Shown piece by piece: positions 25,892 through 36,163 of a stretch of DNA of 64,000 bases. The stretch's first letter is position 1. Each line of letters opens with the position of its first letter. Origin of the DNA: Thermoplasmata archaeon (GTDB taxonomy: Archaea; Thermoplasmatota; Thermoplasmata; Lutacidiplasmatales; UBA184); contig JBKQMS010000031.1 in the NCBI GenBank assembly GCA_052326485.1, positions 16,904-80,903 of the forward strand, read 5' to 3'. Below the pieces are notes generated by a model, which was not told the DNA's origin, made no database searches, and saw only the letters and a list, made by a program, of their open reading frames with translations. The position numbers and the translations under genes were made by a program.

Positions 25892-28570
25892 ATGTCGCCA
25901 TCGAGTTCGACCGTGTGTCCGGGGGTCAAGTTCGGTGTCCCGCGAGAGACGGGCCTTCGCGGAAGGACGCTCCAGCTCGTGTTCGTCATCGCCGTTTGCG
26001 GACTCGTGTTGCTGGCCCTTCCATCCCGCGTAGCGGGTTCCTCGGCCACCGGGACCGCGAGCGCAGCGGTCGGGGGGCCCGCCGCCCACGCCCTATCGGC
26101 CCTATCCGCAACCAACTCGACACCTCTGTGTAACGCGACCGTAGTTCCGCCGGGGACTCCCGTCGTGGCCTCGATCTGCATCGGAAACTGGCCCCAGTCG
26201 GTAATCTTCGACCCGGCGAACCAGTTGGTCTACGCCGCGAGTGAGTTCTCTCAGAACGTGTCGGTGCTGAACCTGAACGGGCTCCAGAAGGTCGCCACGA
26301 TCTCGACCGGGAACTCGGCCCGCGGTGTCGCCATCGACCCGAACACGGGAACGATGTTCGTCACCGATGGCCTCGGCGACGGCGTCGCGCTCATCAACAC
26401 CGCCACGAACACCCTCAGCGGCGGGTTCAACCTTACCGGCTACACGGACCTGGTCGGCGACCAGTACGACCCGTCCACCGGTCTGTTGTTCTTCCTGGCC
26501 AACAACAACGACGACCTCGTCTTCGTCAACACCACGACGTACGGGATCACCCAGGTGACGACCCTCCCCGCCAACACGGGCGGGGGGGTCGACCCGATCG
26601 CCGCGATCAACCCGGTCTCCCACGTGATCTACTACGCCGCCCGCGGCACGAACCAGGTCCAGGAGATCAGCGAGCTGAACGGCTCGACCCTCGGGTATCT
26701 CGCGACAAACGGCAACTACGGGCCCACCAATACGTTCTATGACCAGGTCAACGGGCTCCTCTACGTGATGCTCGGAGGCTGGCAGTTCACCTCGCCCGGG
26801 GACCAGGTCGAGGTGTTCAATGCGACGCTCGGCACGGTCGTCGCCACCTTGAACGTGGGTGTCTCCCCCGCGGGCTACGTCTACGACTCGACGAGTGGTC
26901 TCCTCTACGTAAGTTGCCCGGACTCGGGGTCGATCAGCGTCATCAACACCCTCACGCACCAGGTAGTCGGGAACATCTCGCTGGGCGCTGACACCGAGCC
27001 CGGTCAGCTCGCCCTTGACCCGTTCACCGGAGACCTGTTCGTCGGAGAGGACGGCACGGGGATGTTGATCGAGCTTGGGCTCGGACCCGCGTCGAACAAC
27101 ACGACGGGCTATTGGACCCCGGTGGCGACCCCCTCGGGTCCCGTGGCGCGGGCCGGCTTCGGTATGGTCTACGACGGCGCGCTGGGGAAGGTAGTCCTGT
27201 TCGGCGGGTGCACCTCCGGCACCTTCCTCGACCAGGACTGCAACGCCACGAACGACCTCTGGACCTACTCCGGCGGAAGCTGGACTCAGCTCCACCCCGC
27301 GCTCTCTCCGTCGCCCCGCGTGCTCCCGTCGATGGCGTACGACCCAGCCACTCAGCAGGTAGTGCTGTTCGGCGGTCTCTCTGGGAACTTGAGCGCCCCC
27401 CCCTTGGGCGATACCTGGGAGTTCAACGGGACCACCTGGATCGAGCTATTCCCCAGTACGAGTCCGCCGGCGAGCGGGATGGACCAGGCGATGGTCTATG
27501 ACTCTGCTGCCGGCACCATCGTGCTGTTCGCTTCGGGATGGTTGAACGGGGTCCAGGGACCCTCGAGCGCCTACGCGAACGAGACCTGGACGTTCTCCAA
27601 CGGGCAGTGGACGGAGGTCCTCAACGAGACGGGGCCCTCCCCCCGGGGAGGTGAGTCGTTCGACTACGACGCGCCCACGGGGGCAATGGTGCTGTTCGGA
27701 GGGAGCGGCTGCGGGTACTTCGCCGATTCCTGGAGCTGCCCGAGTCTCGGCGATACGTGGACGTACGCGAACGGAACATGGACCCCCCGGACCGGGTCGG
27801 TCGGTCCCGCTCCCCGGGACCTTGCGGCTATGGCCTCTGATCCCCAACTCAACGCGTCGGTGCTGGTCGGCGGCCAATCTGCCGAGACCTACTACAACGA
27901 CATGTGGGCGTACGGGAATGGCACGTGGAGCCCGGTCACTACCCCCGTCGCGCCCTCCCCAAGGGCAGGGGCGGAGATGGTCTACGACGCGGCGGACCAA
28001 ACGATGGTCCTGTTCGGGGGCTATCTGCACGTCGGCCAATCTGCGGGCGGCGGGGAGATCTTCTACAACGACACCTGGACGTTCGGGGTCACCAGACCAC
28101 CCCCCGGCGTATCGGTCGTCTCCATGCAAATCTCGAAGGGACCCACACCGGTGGGCTCGCTGGCCCTGATCGTGGCGGACATCCGGTCGGCCACTCCCGT
28201 CGGGTACGACTTCTCGGGGCTCCCTTCGGGCTGCGAGTCGTGGGACACGAGCGTGCTCGTGTGCGGCCCGACGAGGGCCGGCACGTTCACGGTCGTTCTC
28301 ACGGCCACGGACAATTTCGGCGCGAGCGCTAAGGGCTCCGCCTCGCTCGTTGTGGGGTTCGCTCCGGGCCAGCACTCCCCTACGGCGGTACCCGGAGTGA
28401 GCCCGCTCACTCTGGTCGTGTCCGGCGTGGCGGGAGCCACGATCGGGGCCGTGGTGGTCGCGGCGGTCGTCCTCGCTCGAGGCCGGGAGCGTCGCCGGGA
28501 ACGCGAAGAAGGGGCCACGATCGCTCGGGAGTTGGAGAATCCCCGGGAGCCCGACCGCCCGACGCCTTAA
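25892..28570 (+). CDS. large cell-surface protein: signal peptide, YVTN beta-propeller repeats, Kelch/galactose-oxidase-like repeats, C-terminal TM anchor
   Basis: YVTN 40-residue repeats ('GVAIDPNTGTMFVTD...', 'YVYDSTSGLLYVS'); Kelch-like 'PSPRAGAEMVYD...MVLFGG' repeated about five times; many N-x-S/T sequons; C-terminal 'GVAGATIGAVVVAAVVLARGRERRRERE'. Confidence 0.7.
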   Translation: MSPSSSTVCPGVKFGVPRETGLRGRTLQLVFVIAVCGLVLLALPSRVAGSSATGTASAAVGGPAAHALSALSATNSTPLCNATVVPPGTPVVASICIGNWPQSVIFDPANQLVYAASEFSQNVSVLNLNGLQKVATISTGNSARGVAIDPNTGTMFVTDGLGDGVALINTATNTLSGGFNLTGYTDLVGDQYDPSTGLLFFLANNNDDLVFVNTTTYGITQVTTLPANTGGGVDPIAAINPVSHVIYYAARGTNQVQEISELNGSTLGYLATNGNYGPTNTFYDQVNGLLYVMLGGWQFTSPGDQVEVFNATLGTVVATLNVGVSPAGYVYDSTSGLLYVSCPDSGSISVINTLTHQVVGNISLGADTEPGQLALDPFTGDLFVGEDGTGMLIELGLGPASNNTTGYWTPVATPSGPVARAGFGMVYDGALGKVVLFGGCTSGTFLDQDCNATNDLWTYSGGSWTQLHPALSPSPRVLPSMAYDPATQQVVLFGGLSGNLSAPPLGDTWEFNGTTWIELFPSTSPPASGMDQAMVYDSAAGTIVLFASGWLNGVQGPSSAYANETWTFSNGQWTEVLNETGPSPRGGESFDYDAPTGAMVLFGGSGCGYFADSWSCPSLGDTWTYANGTWTPRTGSVGPAPRDLAAMASDPQLNASVLVGGQSAETYYNDMWAYGNGTWSPVTTPVAPSPRAGAEMVYDAADQTMVLFGGYLHVGQSAGGGEIFYNDTWTFGVTRPPPGVSVVSMQISKGPTPVGSLALIVADIRSATPVGYDFSGLPSGCESWDTSVLVCGPTRAGTFTVVLTATDNFGASAKGSASLVVGFAPGQHSPTAVPGVSPLTLVVSGVAGATIGAVVVAAVVLARGRERRREREEGATIARELENPREPDRPTP

Positions 28571-28608
28571 CCGCCCTCAGCGATTGGCGCTCGAGCGGTC
28601 GGTGTGGG

Positions 28609-29178
28609 ATGCTAATCGACCTTCCTTCCTTCGCCGTAGGAGGGATAGTCGGGGGGGTCGCCGCGGCTATCGCGTGGGCGGTCTCTCGTTGGTTGCGGAA
28701 ACGCCAGGCGCCGGCGCCCGTCCCGGAGGCGAACGGACTCGGCATCCTCGGGGACCCCGAGACCAGCCTCGCATCACTCCCTCGTCCGCGGGTCGTGGGC
28801 GGACCGCCCGTGCCGGCGGCCATCTCGGTTTCCGCGGACCAGATCCGTCTGTCGGAACGCATCATCATCGCGCTGGCCCGGGAAGGGCGGCTCGGGGACG
28901 ACGCGCCCGCCCGGGTCGTGCGGACCCAGGCGGGTCTTGCCAGCACGCTGGAGTCCAACCAGAGCGCCGTCTCGAAAGTGCTCCGCCGTCTGGTCGCCGC
29001 TGAGCTGCTGACCGAGGAGCGACGGCACGTCCAAGGAGGCAGTCAGCGCCTGAAGGTATACGCCCTCACCCGGCGGGGGGAGCTGCTCGCCAGAGAGGTG
29101 GCCCGCCGGAGGGATCTCAGCTTACTGCCCGAACGAACGGGAGAGCGGAAAGAGCCCAGCTACCGCGCGAACCTGTGA
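28609..29178 (+). CDS. membrane-anchored winged-helix (MarR/TrmB-like) transcriptional regulator
   Basis: N-terminal TM helix 'FAVGGIVGGVAAAIAWAV', then a wHTH ('QAGLASTLESNQSAVSKVLRRLVAAELLTEERR...RLKVYALTRRG'). Confidence 0.5.
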   Translation: MLIDLPSFAVGGIVGGVAAAIAWAVSRWLRKRQAPAPVPEANGLGILGDPETSLASLPRPRVVGGPPVPAAISVSADQIRLSERIIIALAREGRLGDDAPARVVRTQAGLASTLESNQSAVSKVLRRLVAAELLTEERRHVQGGSQRLKVYALTRRGELLAREVARRRDLSLLPERTGERKEPSYRANL

Positions 29179-29229
29179 GGGTGCGGGCGAGAGGTCGGTG
29201 CGCCGTACGCCCCGGCCGTTCCCGCCGGT

Positions 29230-30447
29230 CTATTCCTCGACCCGTCCCGCGTCCGTTCGCCGAGGCGCTCGTCCTGTGTCGAGATGGCCGAAAAGGAGGG
29301 AGAGGAGCGCGCCGGCGAGCGTGACCGCGGCCACTACGAGGAACATGGAGCGAACCCCGTACACCGTGTACACGGAGCTGATGAGGACCGGGCCTACCAG
29401 GAGCCCGAGGTCCTCGAACGACCCGAACACCCCGATCGCGGTCCCCTGAAGCGGAAGCGGCACCGGCTCCAGGACCAACGGGAGGAGGCTCGCGGAAAGC
29501 CATCCGGTCCCGATCGCGAAGACGATCGTCGCACCGACCATCTCGGTGTACGAAGCCGAGAACAGGGTCCCGACCGCGCCAAGGGTCAGGAGCAAGAACC
29601 CCACCGGGACGGTGCGCCGCGGGCCGAGACGGTCGGTCGACGCTCCGAGAAGGAAGCCGGACAACAACGAGGTCGCACGGGCGGCCGCGATCACGTACCC
29701 CGAATCGGTCGTGGTCCCATGGAACGCGCTCACCGAGTAGATCTGCAGGAAGCTCGAGGTCAGGGTGTACGCCACGAAGGCTAGCACCACGAGGATGGCA
29801 ACGAGCACGAAGGGGGCGGTCAGCACCCGGCGGACCTGGAAGAACGAGCCGGGCTCGACGCGGGGGAGCCGGGTCTCGTGCCAAGGGAGCCCTGCCATCA
29901 GGCCGAGCCCGACCGCGTACGCCCCGATGACCAGGAACGTGAGCGACTGGAACCCGACCTCGACGTACAGGAGGGGGCCGAGGGCGGCTCCGACCATCAT
30001 TCCCCCGCCGAAGAACAGTCCGTAGCGTCCCGTTCCAGCGCCGCCCGTGCCGGGTCCTCCCGCGATCACGGCCATCCAGCGAAAGAGCGGGACCGGGAAG
30101 ATCGATAGGGCGCCGAGGACCCCGAGCGAGACCGTGAGCGTGAGGAAGGTGGTCGAAAAGGCGATCGCGACGTACGCGAGCGCGACCGCGATCCCCAAGC
30201 CCAGGATCGTCCGAAGGTTCCCGATCCGGAAGGCGAGCAGCCCCCAGACGCTCTCGGTCAGCAGCATCCCGAGAGCGAAGACCGCGAGGGCGATCCCGTA
30301 CTGGTCCAAGGAAAGGCCTAGCGATTGGAATCGGAACGGCAACGTGACGATCAGCAGCGAGTACGCGCCCCACACCACGGCGGTGGAAGCGTACACGACA
30401 CTGACGACGGTGGTGGGCCGGAAGCGCGGGGCCACGGACCCTCTCAC
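29230..30447 (-). CDS. MFS transporter
   Basis: 12 predicted TM helices with MFS-type loop motifs. Confidence 0.75.
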   Translation of the reverse strand: MRGSVAPRFRPTTVVSVVYASTAVVWGAYSLLIVTLPFRFQSLGLSLDQYGIALAVFALGMLLTESVWGLLAFRIGNLRTILGLGIAVALAYVAIAFSTTFLTLTVSLGVLGALSIFPVPLFRWMAVIAGGPGTGGAGTGRYGLFFGGGMMVGAALGPLLYVEVGFQSLTFLVIGAYAVGLGLMAGLPWHETRLPRVEPGSFFQVRRVLTAPFVLVAILVVLAFVAYTLTSSFLQIYSVSAFHGTTTDSGYVIAAARATSLLSGFLLGASTDRLGPRRTVPVGFLLLTLGAVGTLFSASYTEMVGATIVFAIGTGWLSASLLPLVLEPVPLPLQGTAIGVFGSFEDLGLLVGPVLISSVYTVYGVRSMFLVVAAVTLAGALLSLLFGHLDTGRAPRRTDAGRVEE

Positions 30448-30635
30448 GCGTCCTCCTTGCTAAGTCTTTGACGTAAATTCGGACACCGGCGGCCCAGCCC
30501 CCAAAGAGCCGCTCCTCCTCGGCGCCAGGGGTCGGTCCCGCGACCCCCAACCCTGTTCGCGCGGGGGGAAGTGGGCAGGGTCCGCCTCCCCAAGGGCCTA
30601 AGGGCAGTTCCGACGTGGGCCGGGCAGGCCTTCGG

Positions 30636-31643
30636 ATGGATCAAAAGCAGTACCGCGTGCGGCCCTTCGGTGACAGGGACTACGAAGCCTTGAGCCGCCT
30701 CCACACCCTCAGTAGCCCGGAATTCCCTTCGACCCCCGGGGAGGAGCGTTACTGGGACCAATCGCTGGCGGCTCCGCACCTCCTCAACGAAAAGTGGGTC
30801 GTCGAGGAGCGGCGGACCGGAACGGTGGTGGCGGTCTCTACGTTGAACCACTCACCGTTCTCGTACGACCCGAACAAGTTCTGGGTGGGGGTAATCGTCG
30901 ACCCCGACCACCGCCGGAACGGCATCGGGCGAGCCCTGGCCGACCTTCTCGAGTCGGAGGCCGTCGCCCACCGCGCGGCCTGTTTCTGGGCGGTCGTGCG
31001 GAAGGATGATGCCCGAAGCCTCGAGTTCGCCCGGAAGCAGGGGTTCGAGCAAGCGCGCACGACCTGGATGAGCCTCCTCGACCTCTCCGAGGTCAGCGTG
31101 CCCCCTCCCTCAGATCGTGTGGCCGCGCTGGAGCGCGAGGGGATCCGCATCACCACCCTAGACGAAGAGGGTCCCGCACGTCCCGAGGTCCGCCAGCGCA
31201 TCTTTGAACTCCTCACCGAGGCCGCTCGGGACGTCCCTCGGATGGGCGACTACACGCCGATCTCCTACGAGCAGTTCGTCCGGGAGCTGGAGGGTCCCGG
31301 CACGATGCCCGAGGCGTACTTCCTGGCCCGCTACGGAGAGGCCTACGTCGGGCTGAGCAACCTCGAACGGGACCTGTCCCAGGCGGACTCCCTGATCGTC
31401 GGGTTCACGGCCACCCGGGCAGCCTACCGGAACCGGGGCATCGCGTCGGAACTCAAACGGAAATCCATCGAATTCGCGCACCGTCGGGGGATCCGCTACC
31501 TGAGGACGTTCAACGACTCGTTGAACCAACCGATCTGGATCATCAACGAGAGAATGGGGTTCCGTCGCAAGGTAGAGTGGTCCGACCTCGAGCGGCGGTT
31601 CGCTCCCAAGGAGGCCACGTCCCTGCCGCCTACCATCCGATGA
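30636..31643 (+). CDS. tandem GNAT-domain acetyltransferase
   Basis: Two GNAT cores ('VGVIVDPDHRRNGIGRAL'; 'VGFTATRAAYRNRGIASEL'). Start at the internal ATG ('MDQKQYRV'). Confidence 0.7.
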   Translation: MDQKQYRVRPFGDRDYEALSRLHTLSSPEFPSTPGEERYWDQSLAAPHLLNEKWVVEERRTGTVVAVSTLNHSPFSYDPNKFWVGVIVDPDHRRNGIGRALADLLESEAVAHRAACFWAVVRKDDARSLEFARKQGFEQARTTWMSLLDLSEVSVPPPSDRVAALEREGIRITTLDEEGPARPEVRQRIFELLTEAARDVPRMGDYTPISYEQFVRELEGPGTMPEAYFLARYGEAYVGLSNLERDLSQADSLIVGFTATRAAYRNRGIASELKRKSIEFAHRRGIRYLRTFNDSLNQPIWIINERMGFRRKVEWSDLERRFAPKEATSLPPTIR

Positions 31644-31695
31644 TGTCGGAAGGAACCGCTACCGCGCACGCTCCGTGGTCGGCCGCGCCGACCCT

Positions 31696-31711
31696 CGAAA
31701 ACCCTTTTAAA
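31696..31711 (+). promoter_or_regulatory. candidate archaeal BRE/TATA element ('CGAAAAC-CTTTTAAAGG')
   Basis: AT-rich TTTTAAA box in an otherwise 70%-GC intergenic region, about 95 nt upstream of the nitroreductase ATG. Confidence 0.3.
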
Positions 31712-31806
31712 GGGGACTCACCTCGTAGGATTGAATGCCTTGCTTTCCGTCGGGGGCGTAGACCTCCTTTGACCTTCAGAGCCTGATTCGTTTTCGGTCA
31801 ACCGAC

Positions 31807-32343
31807 ATGGACGTCCTAGACGCAATTCGCTCCTTCCGACCCTGCACTCAGTACAACCCCCGCCCGGTGCCGCCGGAGAAGTTGAAGGCGGTCCTCGCGG
31901 CCGCCCGGCTGGCTCCGAGCCAGCAGAACCTCCAGCCGTGGCGCTTCGTGGTCGTCCAGGACGACGAGCGGAAGCGCCTCCTGGCGCAGGCCTCGAACCG
32001 AGGGAAGCTGATCGCGGAGGCGCCCGCGGTCATTGTCGCGTTCGCTGTCGAAGAGGACATCCCCATCACGATCGGCGGCTACATCTCGGCCTATCCGCTC
32101 GACGTGGCGGTGGCGGTCGCCCACCTGCAGATCGCCGCGACGGCGGAGGGTCTCGGGACCAACTGGATCATCGAGTTCAACGACGAGAAGATCCGCTCGG
32201 TTCTCCGGGTTCCCGAGGGGATCCATCCTATCGCGGTCATCCCGATCGGGTTCCCCCTCGAAGGCAACGGCGCCGCGCGGGCGAACGGGGACGGGCGAAA
32301 GAGCCCCGACGAGATCATCGCCTACAACGAGTATCCCTGGTAG
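31807..32343 (+). CDS. nitroreductase-family protein
   Basis: 'PSQQNLQPWRFVVV' FMN-binding motif. Confidence 0.8.
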   Translation: MDVLDAIRSFRPCTQYNPRPVPPEKLKAVLAAARLAPSQQNLQPWRFVVVQDDERKRLLAQASNRGKLIAEAPAVIVAFAVEEDIPITIGGYISAYPLDVAVAVAHLQIAATAEGLGTNWIIEFNDEKIRSVLRVPEGIHPIAVIPIGFPLEGNGAARANGDGRKSPDEIIAYNEYPW

Positions 32344-32345
32344 GC

Positions 32346-32900
32346 GTGACCGACGTAACCTTCGTCACCACCAACTCCGGGAAGTTCCGGGAGGTCCGCG
32401 AGCTCCTCGCTCCATACGGGATCCGTGTCCGTTGGCGTCGTCGGACCCTCCCCGAGCCCCAGGCCGATACGCTCGAAGAAGTGGTCGCCTCGAAGCTCGC
32501 GGCCGTGCGGGACCTCACTGGATTTGTCCTGGTCGAGGACTCCGGCCTGTTCATTCCTTCCCTCAAGGGATTCCCCGGCGTCTACTCGGCCCACATTCTG
32601 AAAACCTGGGGGTTCGGGCCCCTCCTCGAACTGCTCGAGAGCCGGGACCGAAGCGCCTTCTTCCGGACCGTGGCGGGTCTTGAGCGAGGTCGCCGCCGGT
32701 GGACGTTCGTGGGCGAGGTGCACGGGCGCATCTCCGAGCGACCCCGAGGCCGCCAGGGGTTCGGTTTTGACCCGATCTTCATTCCCGAGGGGAGCTTCCG
32801 GACGTTCGGCGAGACTCCCGCCGAGGAGAAGAACGAGATGTCGCACCGCGCCCGAGCGCTCCGGCAGGTCGGGGAACTCCTCCGCGCGCGGGCTCGCTGA
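32346..32900 (+). CDS. non-canonical purine NTP pyrophosphatase (RdgB/HAM1, ITPase)
   Basis: 'VTFVTTNSGKFRE', 'FGFDPIF', 'SHRARA'. GTG start directly after the nitroreductase stop, so co-transcription is likely. Confidence 0.8.
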   Translation: MTDVTFVTTNSGKFREVRELLAPYGIRVRWRRRTLPEPQADTLEEVVASKLAAVRDLTGFVLVEDSGLFIPSLKGFPGVYSAHILKTWGFGPLLELLESRDRSAFFRTVAGLERGRRRWTFVGEVHGRISERPRGRQGFGFDPIFIPEGSFRTFGETPAEEKNEMSHRARALRQVGELLRARAR

Positions 32901-32958
32901 AGCGACCCCGAAGCCCTCGGTCGGCGACCGAGCCTATCTACCGAACCAGAAACGTTCA

Positions 32959-32982
32959 GGTCCCCGGGAAGACCCGGGGACC
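32959..32982. terminator. perfect 10-bp GC hairpin (GGTCCCCGGG-AAGA-CCCGGGGACC) between the convergent ITPase and thermosome genes
   Basis: Seen directly in the sequence. It lies in the 115-bp convergent intergenic spacer, with no oligo-T tract. Confidence 0.35.
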
Positions 32983-33015
32983 GGGAGAAAGGGTTCGTCC
33001 GAGGGGAGGGCGGGT

Positions 33016-34683
33016 TCAGTCTTCCCCGAAACCGCCGCCGCCCATCCCGCCCATGCCGCCCATGCCGCCACCAGGGCCGCCGGGGCCTCCGGAGGGGGGC
33101 GGGCTCGACTTGGACGCGATGACGTCATCAATCCGCAGGATCATCACCGCGGCGTCGGTCGCGCTCTCGATCGCCTGGCGCCCGACCCGGATCGGCTCGA
33201 TGACGTGGAGTTCCCCCATGTCAACGGTCTTGCCGGTGGTGAGGTTGACGCCGGCCCGCTGCTGGCCTCCCTTGTGGGCCTTGCGGAGCTCGATCAGCAT
33301 GTCGATCGGGTCGAGCCCGGCGTTCTCGGCGAGGGTCCGCGGGATCGTCTCGAGCGCATCGGCGAAGCTCTCGAACGCGATCTGCTCGCGGCCACCGATC
33401 TTCGCGGCGTGGTCGCGCAGCCGCATGGCGAGCTCCTCGGCCGTCGCTCCGCCGCCGAAGACGTACCGTCCGTCCTCGACCGCGACGGCGACCACGTTGA
33501 GCGCGTCGTCCAGGGACCGCTCGATCTCATCGATGACGTGCTCGGTGCCTCCGCGGATCAGGATGGAGACGGCCTTCGCCTTCTTCGCACCCGTGACGAA
33601 CGTGAGCGAGTCCTCGCCGATCTTGCGTTCCTCGACCAGGCCTGCGTGCCCGACGTCCTCGGGGGTGAGCTCGCTGACCTTCGAGACGATGTTCGCCCCG
33701 GTCGCCTTCGCGAGCTTCTCCATGTCGGACTTCTTCACGCGGCGGACGGCATAGATGCCCTCCTTCGCGAGGAGGTGCTGGGCGAGGTCGTCGATCCCCT
33801 TCTGGCAGAGCGCGACGTTCGCGCCGGACTTCTTCACCTGCTCGACCATCCGGCGGAGCATGTTCTCCTCCTCCTGGAGGAACGCGTTCAGCTGCGAGGG
33901 GTCGTTGATCTCGATCTTCGCGTCGATCTCGGTCTTCTTGATCTCGATCGCGGCGTCGAGGAGCGCGATCTTCGGGTTCTCGACCCGGGTCGGCATCCCC
34001 GAGTGGACCTTCTCCTTGTCGACGATGACGCCCTCGATGAGCTGGGTGTCCGACATCGAGCCGCCCTGCTTCTTGATGAGCTGGATGTTGTCGAGGTCGA
34101 CGTCGTAGCCGCCGCCGCCCTTCGGCTGGGCCACGGCCGTCACGGCCTTCACCGCGATCTCGCCCATGTGGTCGCGGTCGAACGAGACCGACTTCGAGGC
34201 CATCGACGTCACGGCGATACGGGTGAGCAGGTCGTGGTCGTTGATCGTCACCGGCTGGCTGACTTCCTGGAGGACCTCGAGGGCCTTCTGGGACGCCAGG
34301 CGGAACCCCTGCGAGATGATCGTGGGGTGGATGTTCTGCTCGATGAGGCCCTCGGCCCGCTTCAGTAGCTCGCCGGCGAGAACGACCGCGGTGGTCGTAC
34401 CGTCCCCGGCTTCCTGGTCCTGGGTCTTCGCGACCTCGACCAGCATCTTCGCGGCCGGGTGGTCGACGTCCATCTCCTTGAGGATCGTGACCCCGTCGTT
34501 CGTGACGACGACGTCTCCCATCGAATCGACCAGCATCTTGTCGAGTCCCCGCGGTCCGAGCGTCGAGCGCACGGCGTCCGCGATCGCCTTGGCGGCGGCA
34601 ATGTTGTTCCCGAGCGCGCTTCGGCCCTTCTCTCGCTTCGTCCCTTCCCTGAGCACCAGGATCGGTGTCTGTCCGGTTAACAT
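33016..34683 (-). CDS. ths: thermosome subunit (group II chaperonin)
   Basis: '[11 protein letters not shown]', 'AGDGTTT', and a C-terminal GGM tail '[14 protein letters not shown]'. Confidence 0.9.
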   Translation of the reverse strand: MLTGQTPILVLREGTKREKGRSALGNNIAAAKAIADAVRSTLGPRGLDKMLVDSMGDVVVTNDGVTILKEMDVDHPAAKMLVEVAKTQDQEAGDGTTTAVVLAGELLKRAEGLIEQNIHPTIISQGFRLASQKALEVLQEVSQPVTINDHDLLTRIAVTSMASKSVSFDRDHMGEIAVKAVTAVAQPKGGGGYDVDLDNIQLIKKQGGSMSDTQLIEGVIVDKEKVHSGMPTRVENPKIALLDAAIEIKKTEIDAKIEINDPSQLNAFLQEEENMLRRMVEQVKKSGANVALCQKGIDDLAQHLLAKEGIYAVRRVKKSDMEKLAKATGANIVSKVSELTPEDVGHAGLVEERKIGEDSLTFVTGAKKAKAVSILIRGGTEHVIDEIERSLDDALNVVAVAVEDGRYVFGGGATAEELAMRLRDHAAKIGGREQIAFESFADALETIPRTLAENAGLDPIDMLIELRKAHKGGQQRAGVNLTTGKTVDMGELHVIEPIRVGRQAIESATDAAVMILRIDDVIASKSSPPPSGGPGGPGGGMGGMGGMGGGGFGED

Positions 34684-34735
34684 CGTTCTTCCCTCCGAGA
34701 TTACTCTCGGTTGTCGGGTTTGGTAGAAAAGCGGT

Positions 34736-34748
34736 TGTATTTAAAACA
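34736..34748 (-). promoter_or_regulatory. strong TATA box ('TATTTAAAA') about 55 nt upstream of the thermosome ATG
   Basis: AT-rich box in a GC-rich spacer. The thermosome is typically highly expressed. It could also serve the divergent MFS gene. Confidence 0.4.
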
Positions 34749-34837
34749 ATCCGTATCGTTCGACGGCGCGCCGGGGCGCTATTCTCCAACGAGCCGCGCC
34801 CTTATGCGGACTTCACCGCTCTGGCCTCGAATCGGTT

Positions 34838-36163
34838 ATGGAGGAGCGACGGTCGCCGCGCGGCCCTTACACGCGGCTGCTCGCCAACTCGGCCTACGCG
34901 CGGGTGTTCTCCGCGGGTCTCGGGTCGACCCTGGGCTCGGCCATCGCGGCGATCTGTCTCGTGTGGATCGTGTTCAGCGCGACCGGGTCCCCGCTCGACG
35001 TGGCGCTCCTCGGAACGGCGTGGCTCGTCGCCGGGATCCTGTTCAGCGTCTTCGGCGGGACCCTCGTGGACCGGTACGACCGCCGGCGGCTGATGATCGT
35101 CGCCGACATCGCGCGAGCGCTCGCGATGGGCGCGGTCGTGGTCGTCCTCGAGCTCCACGGCTTCGAGCTCCTCACCATCCTCGGCGCCTACTTCGTGGTC
35201 GGCGCCTTCACGACGGTCTTCAATCCGGCCGAGCAGGCGATCATCCCGTCGTTGGTGGACTCCCCGCTCGTCGCGGACGCCAACGGCCTCGTGCGGTCGA
35301 GCCGCTCCGCCGCCCAGTTCGTGGGAGCCTCGCTCGGGGGGGTACTGATCGTGAGCCTCGGTCCCGTCACCGGGGTCGCCGCGAACGCCGCCACGTTCGC
35401 CGTATCGGCGTTCCTCCTGTTCGGCATGACCGCCCGTCCGGCGGCCGGGCTCGGGCAACGCACGAAGCCGAGCTACTTCGCGGACGTGCGCGAAGGGTTC
35501 CGGTGGCTCCTCCGGGCGCGCGGGTTCTTCCAGCTGACGCTCTCGGCGACGTTCTTCAACTTCTGTGCGGGCCTCGTCGGCACGTTCATCGTGGTCTTCG
35601 CGACGATCCTCCTGCACGGCTCCGCGCTCGTCTTCGCCCTCCTCCTCGCGCTCGAGGTCGCGGGAACGGGCCTCGGTTCGCTCCTCGTCAGCCGCACGGG
35701 CGGCGTCCGCCGGGCCGGACGGTCGTGGACCATCGGGGCCGGCGTGGCCTCGGGAGGAGCGGCCGTCGTCCTCGCGCTGTTCCCATCCGTGCCGGTCGCC
35801 TCGGCATGCCTCTTCCTGATGGGGCTGTTCGGAGGATTCGCGGGGACGGCGTGGCTGACCGCGGCCCAGCTCCTCGTGCCGACCGAAATGCAGGGTCGCT
35901 ACTTCGGGATCGATGCCCTCGGCAGCATCGCCATCATCCCCGCGGCCCAGATCGGTGGGGCTCTCCTGATCCAGGCGTACGGGGTCCAGTGGACCTACCT
36001 TGGGACCGGCATCCTCTGGGTGATCGTCGGGATAGCCTTCCTGTTCCCGAGGGCCCTCGCGACCCTCGGATATCCGCCGACCGGGACCCCGCCGGTCACT
36101 CGCCAAAGCGACGGCGGCGCATCTGGTACGAGCGGATCACCCGAAGGAAGTCGATCCGCGTGA
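34838..36163 (+). CDS. MFS transporter
   Basis: 12 TM helices and an MFS 'GTLVDRYDRRRLM' loop-2/3 motif. Confidence 0.75.
   Translation: MEERRSPRGPYTRLLANSAYARVFSAGLGSTLGSAIAAICLVWIVFSATGSPLDVALLGTAWLVAGILFSVFGGTLVDRYDRRRLMIVADIARALAMGAVVVVLELHGFELLTILGAYFVVGAFTTVFNPAEQAIIPSLVDSPLVADANGLVRSSRSAAQFVGASLGGVLIVSLGPVTGVAANAATFAVSAFLLFGMTARPAAGLGQRTKPSYFADVREGFRWLLRARGFFQLTLSATFFNFCAGLVGTFIVVFATILLHGSALVFALLLALEVAGTGLGSLLVSRTGGVRRAGRSWTIGAGVASGGAAVVLALFPSVPVASACLFLMGLFGGFAGTAWLTAAQLLVPTEMQGRYFGIDALGSIAIIPAAQIGGALLIQAYGVQWTYLGTGILWVIVGIAFLFPRALATLGYPPTGTPPVTRQSDGGASGTSGSPEGSRSA

Noticed and set aside
32680-34368. 562-aa plus-strand ORF antisense to the thermosome gene
   Set aside because: Antisense artefact. 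The thermosome frame is unambiguous, including the GGM tail.
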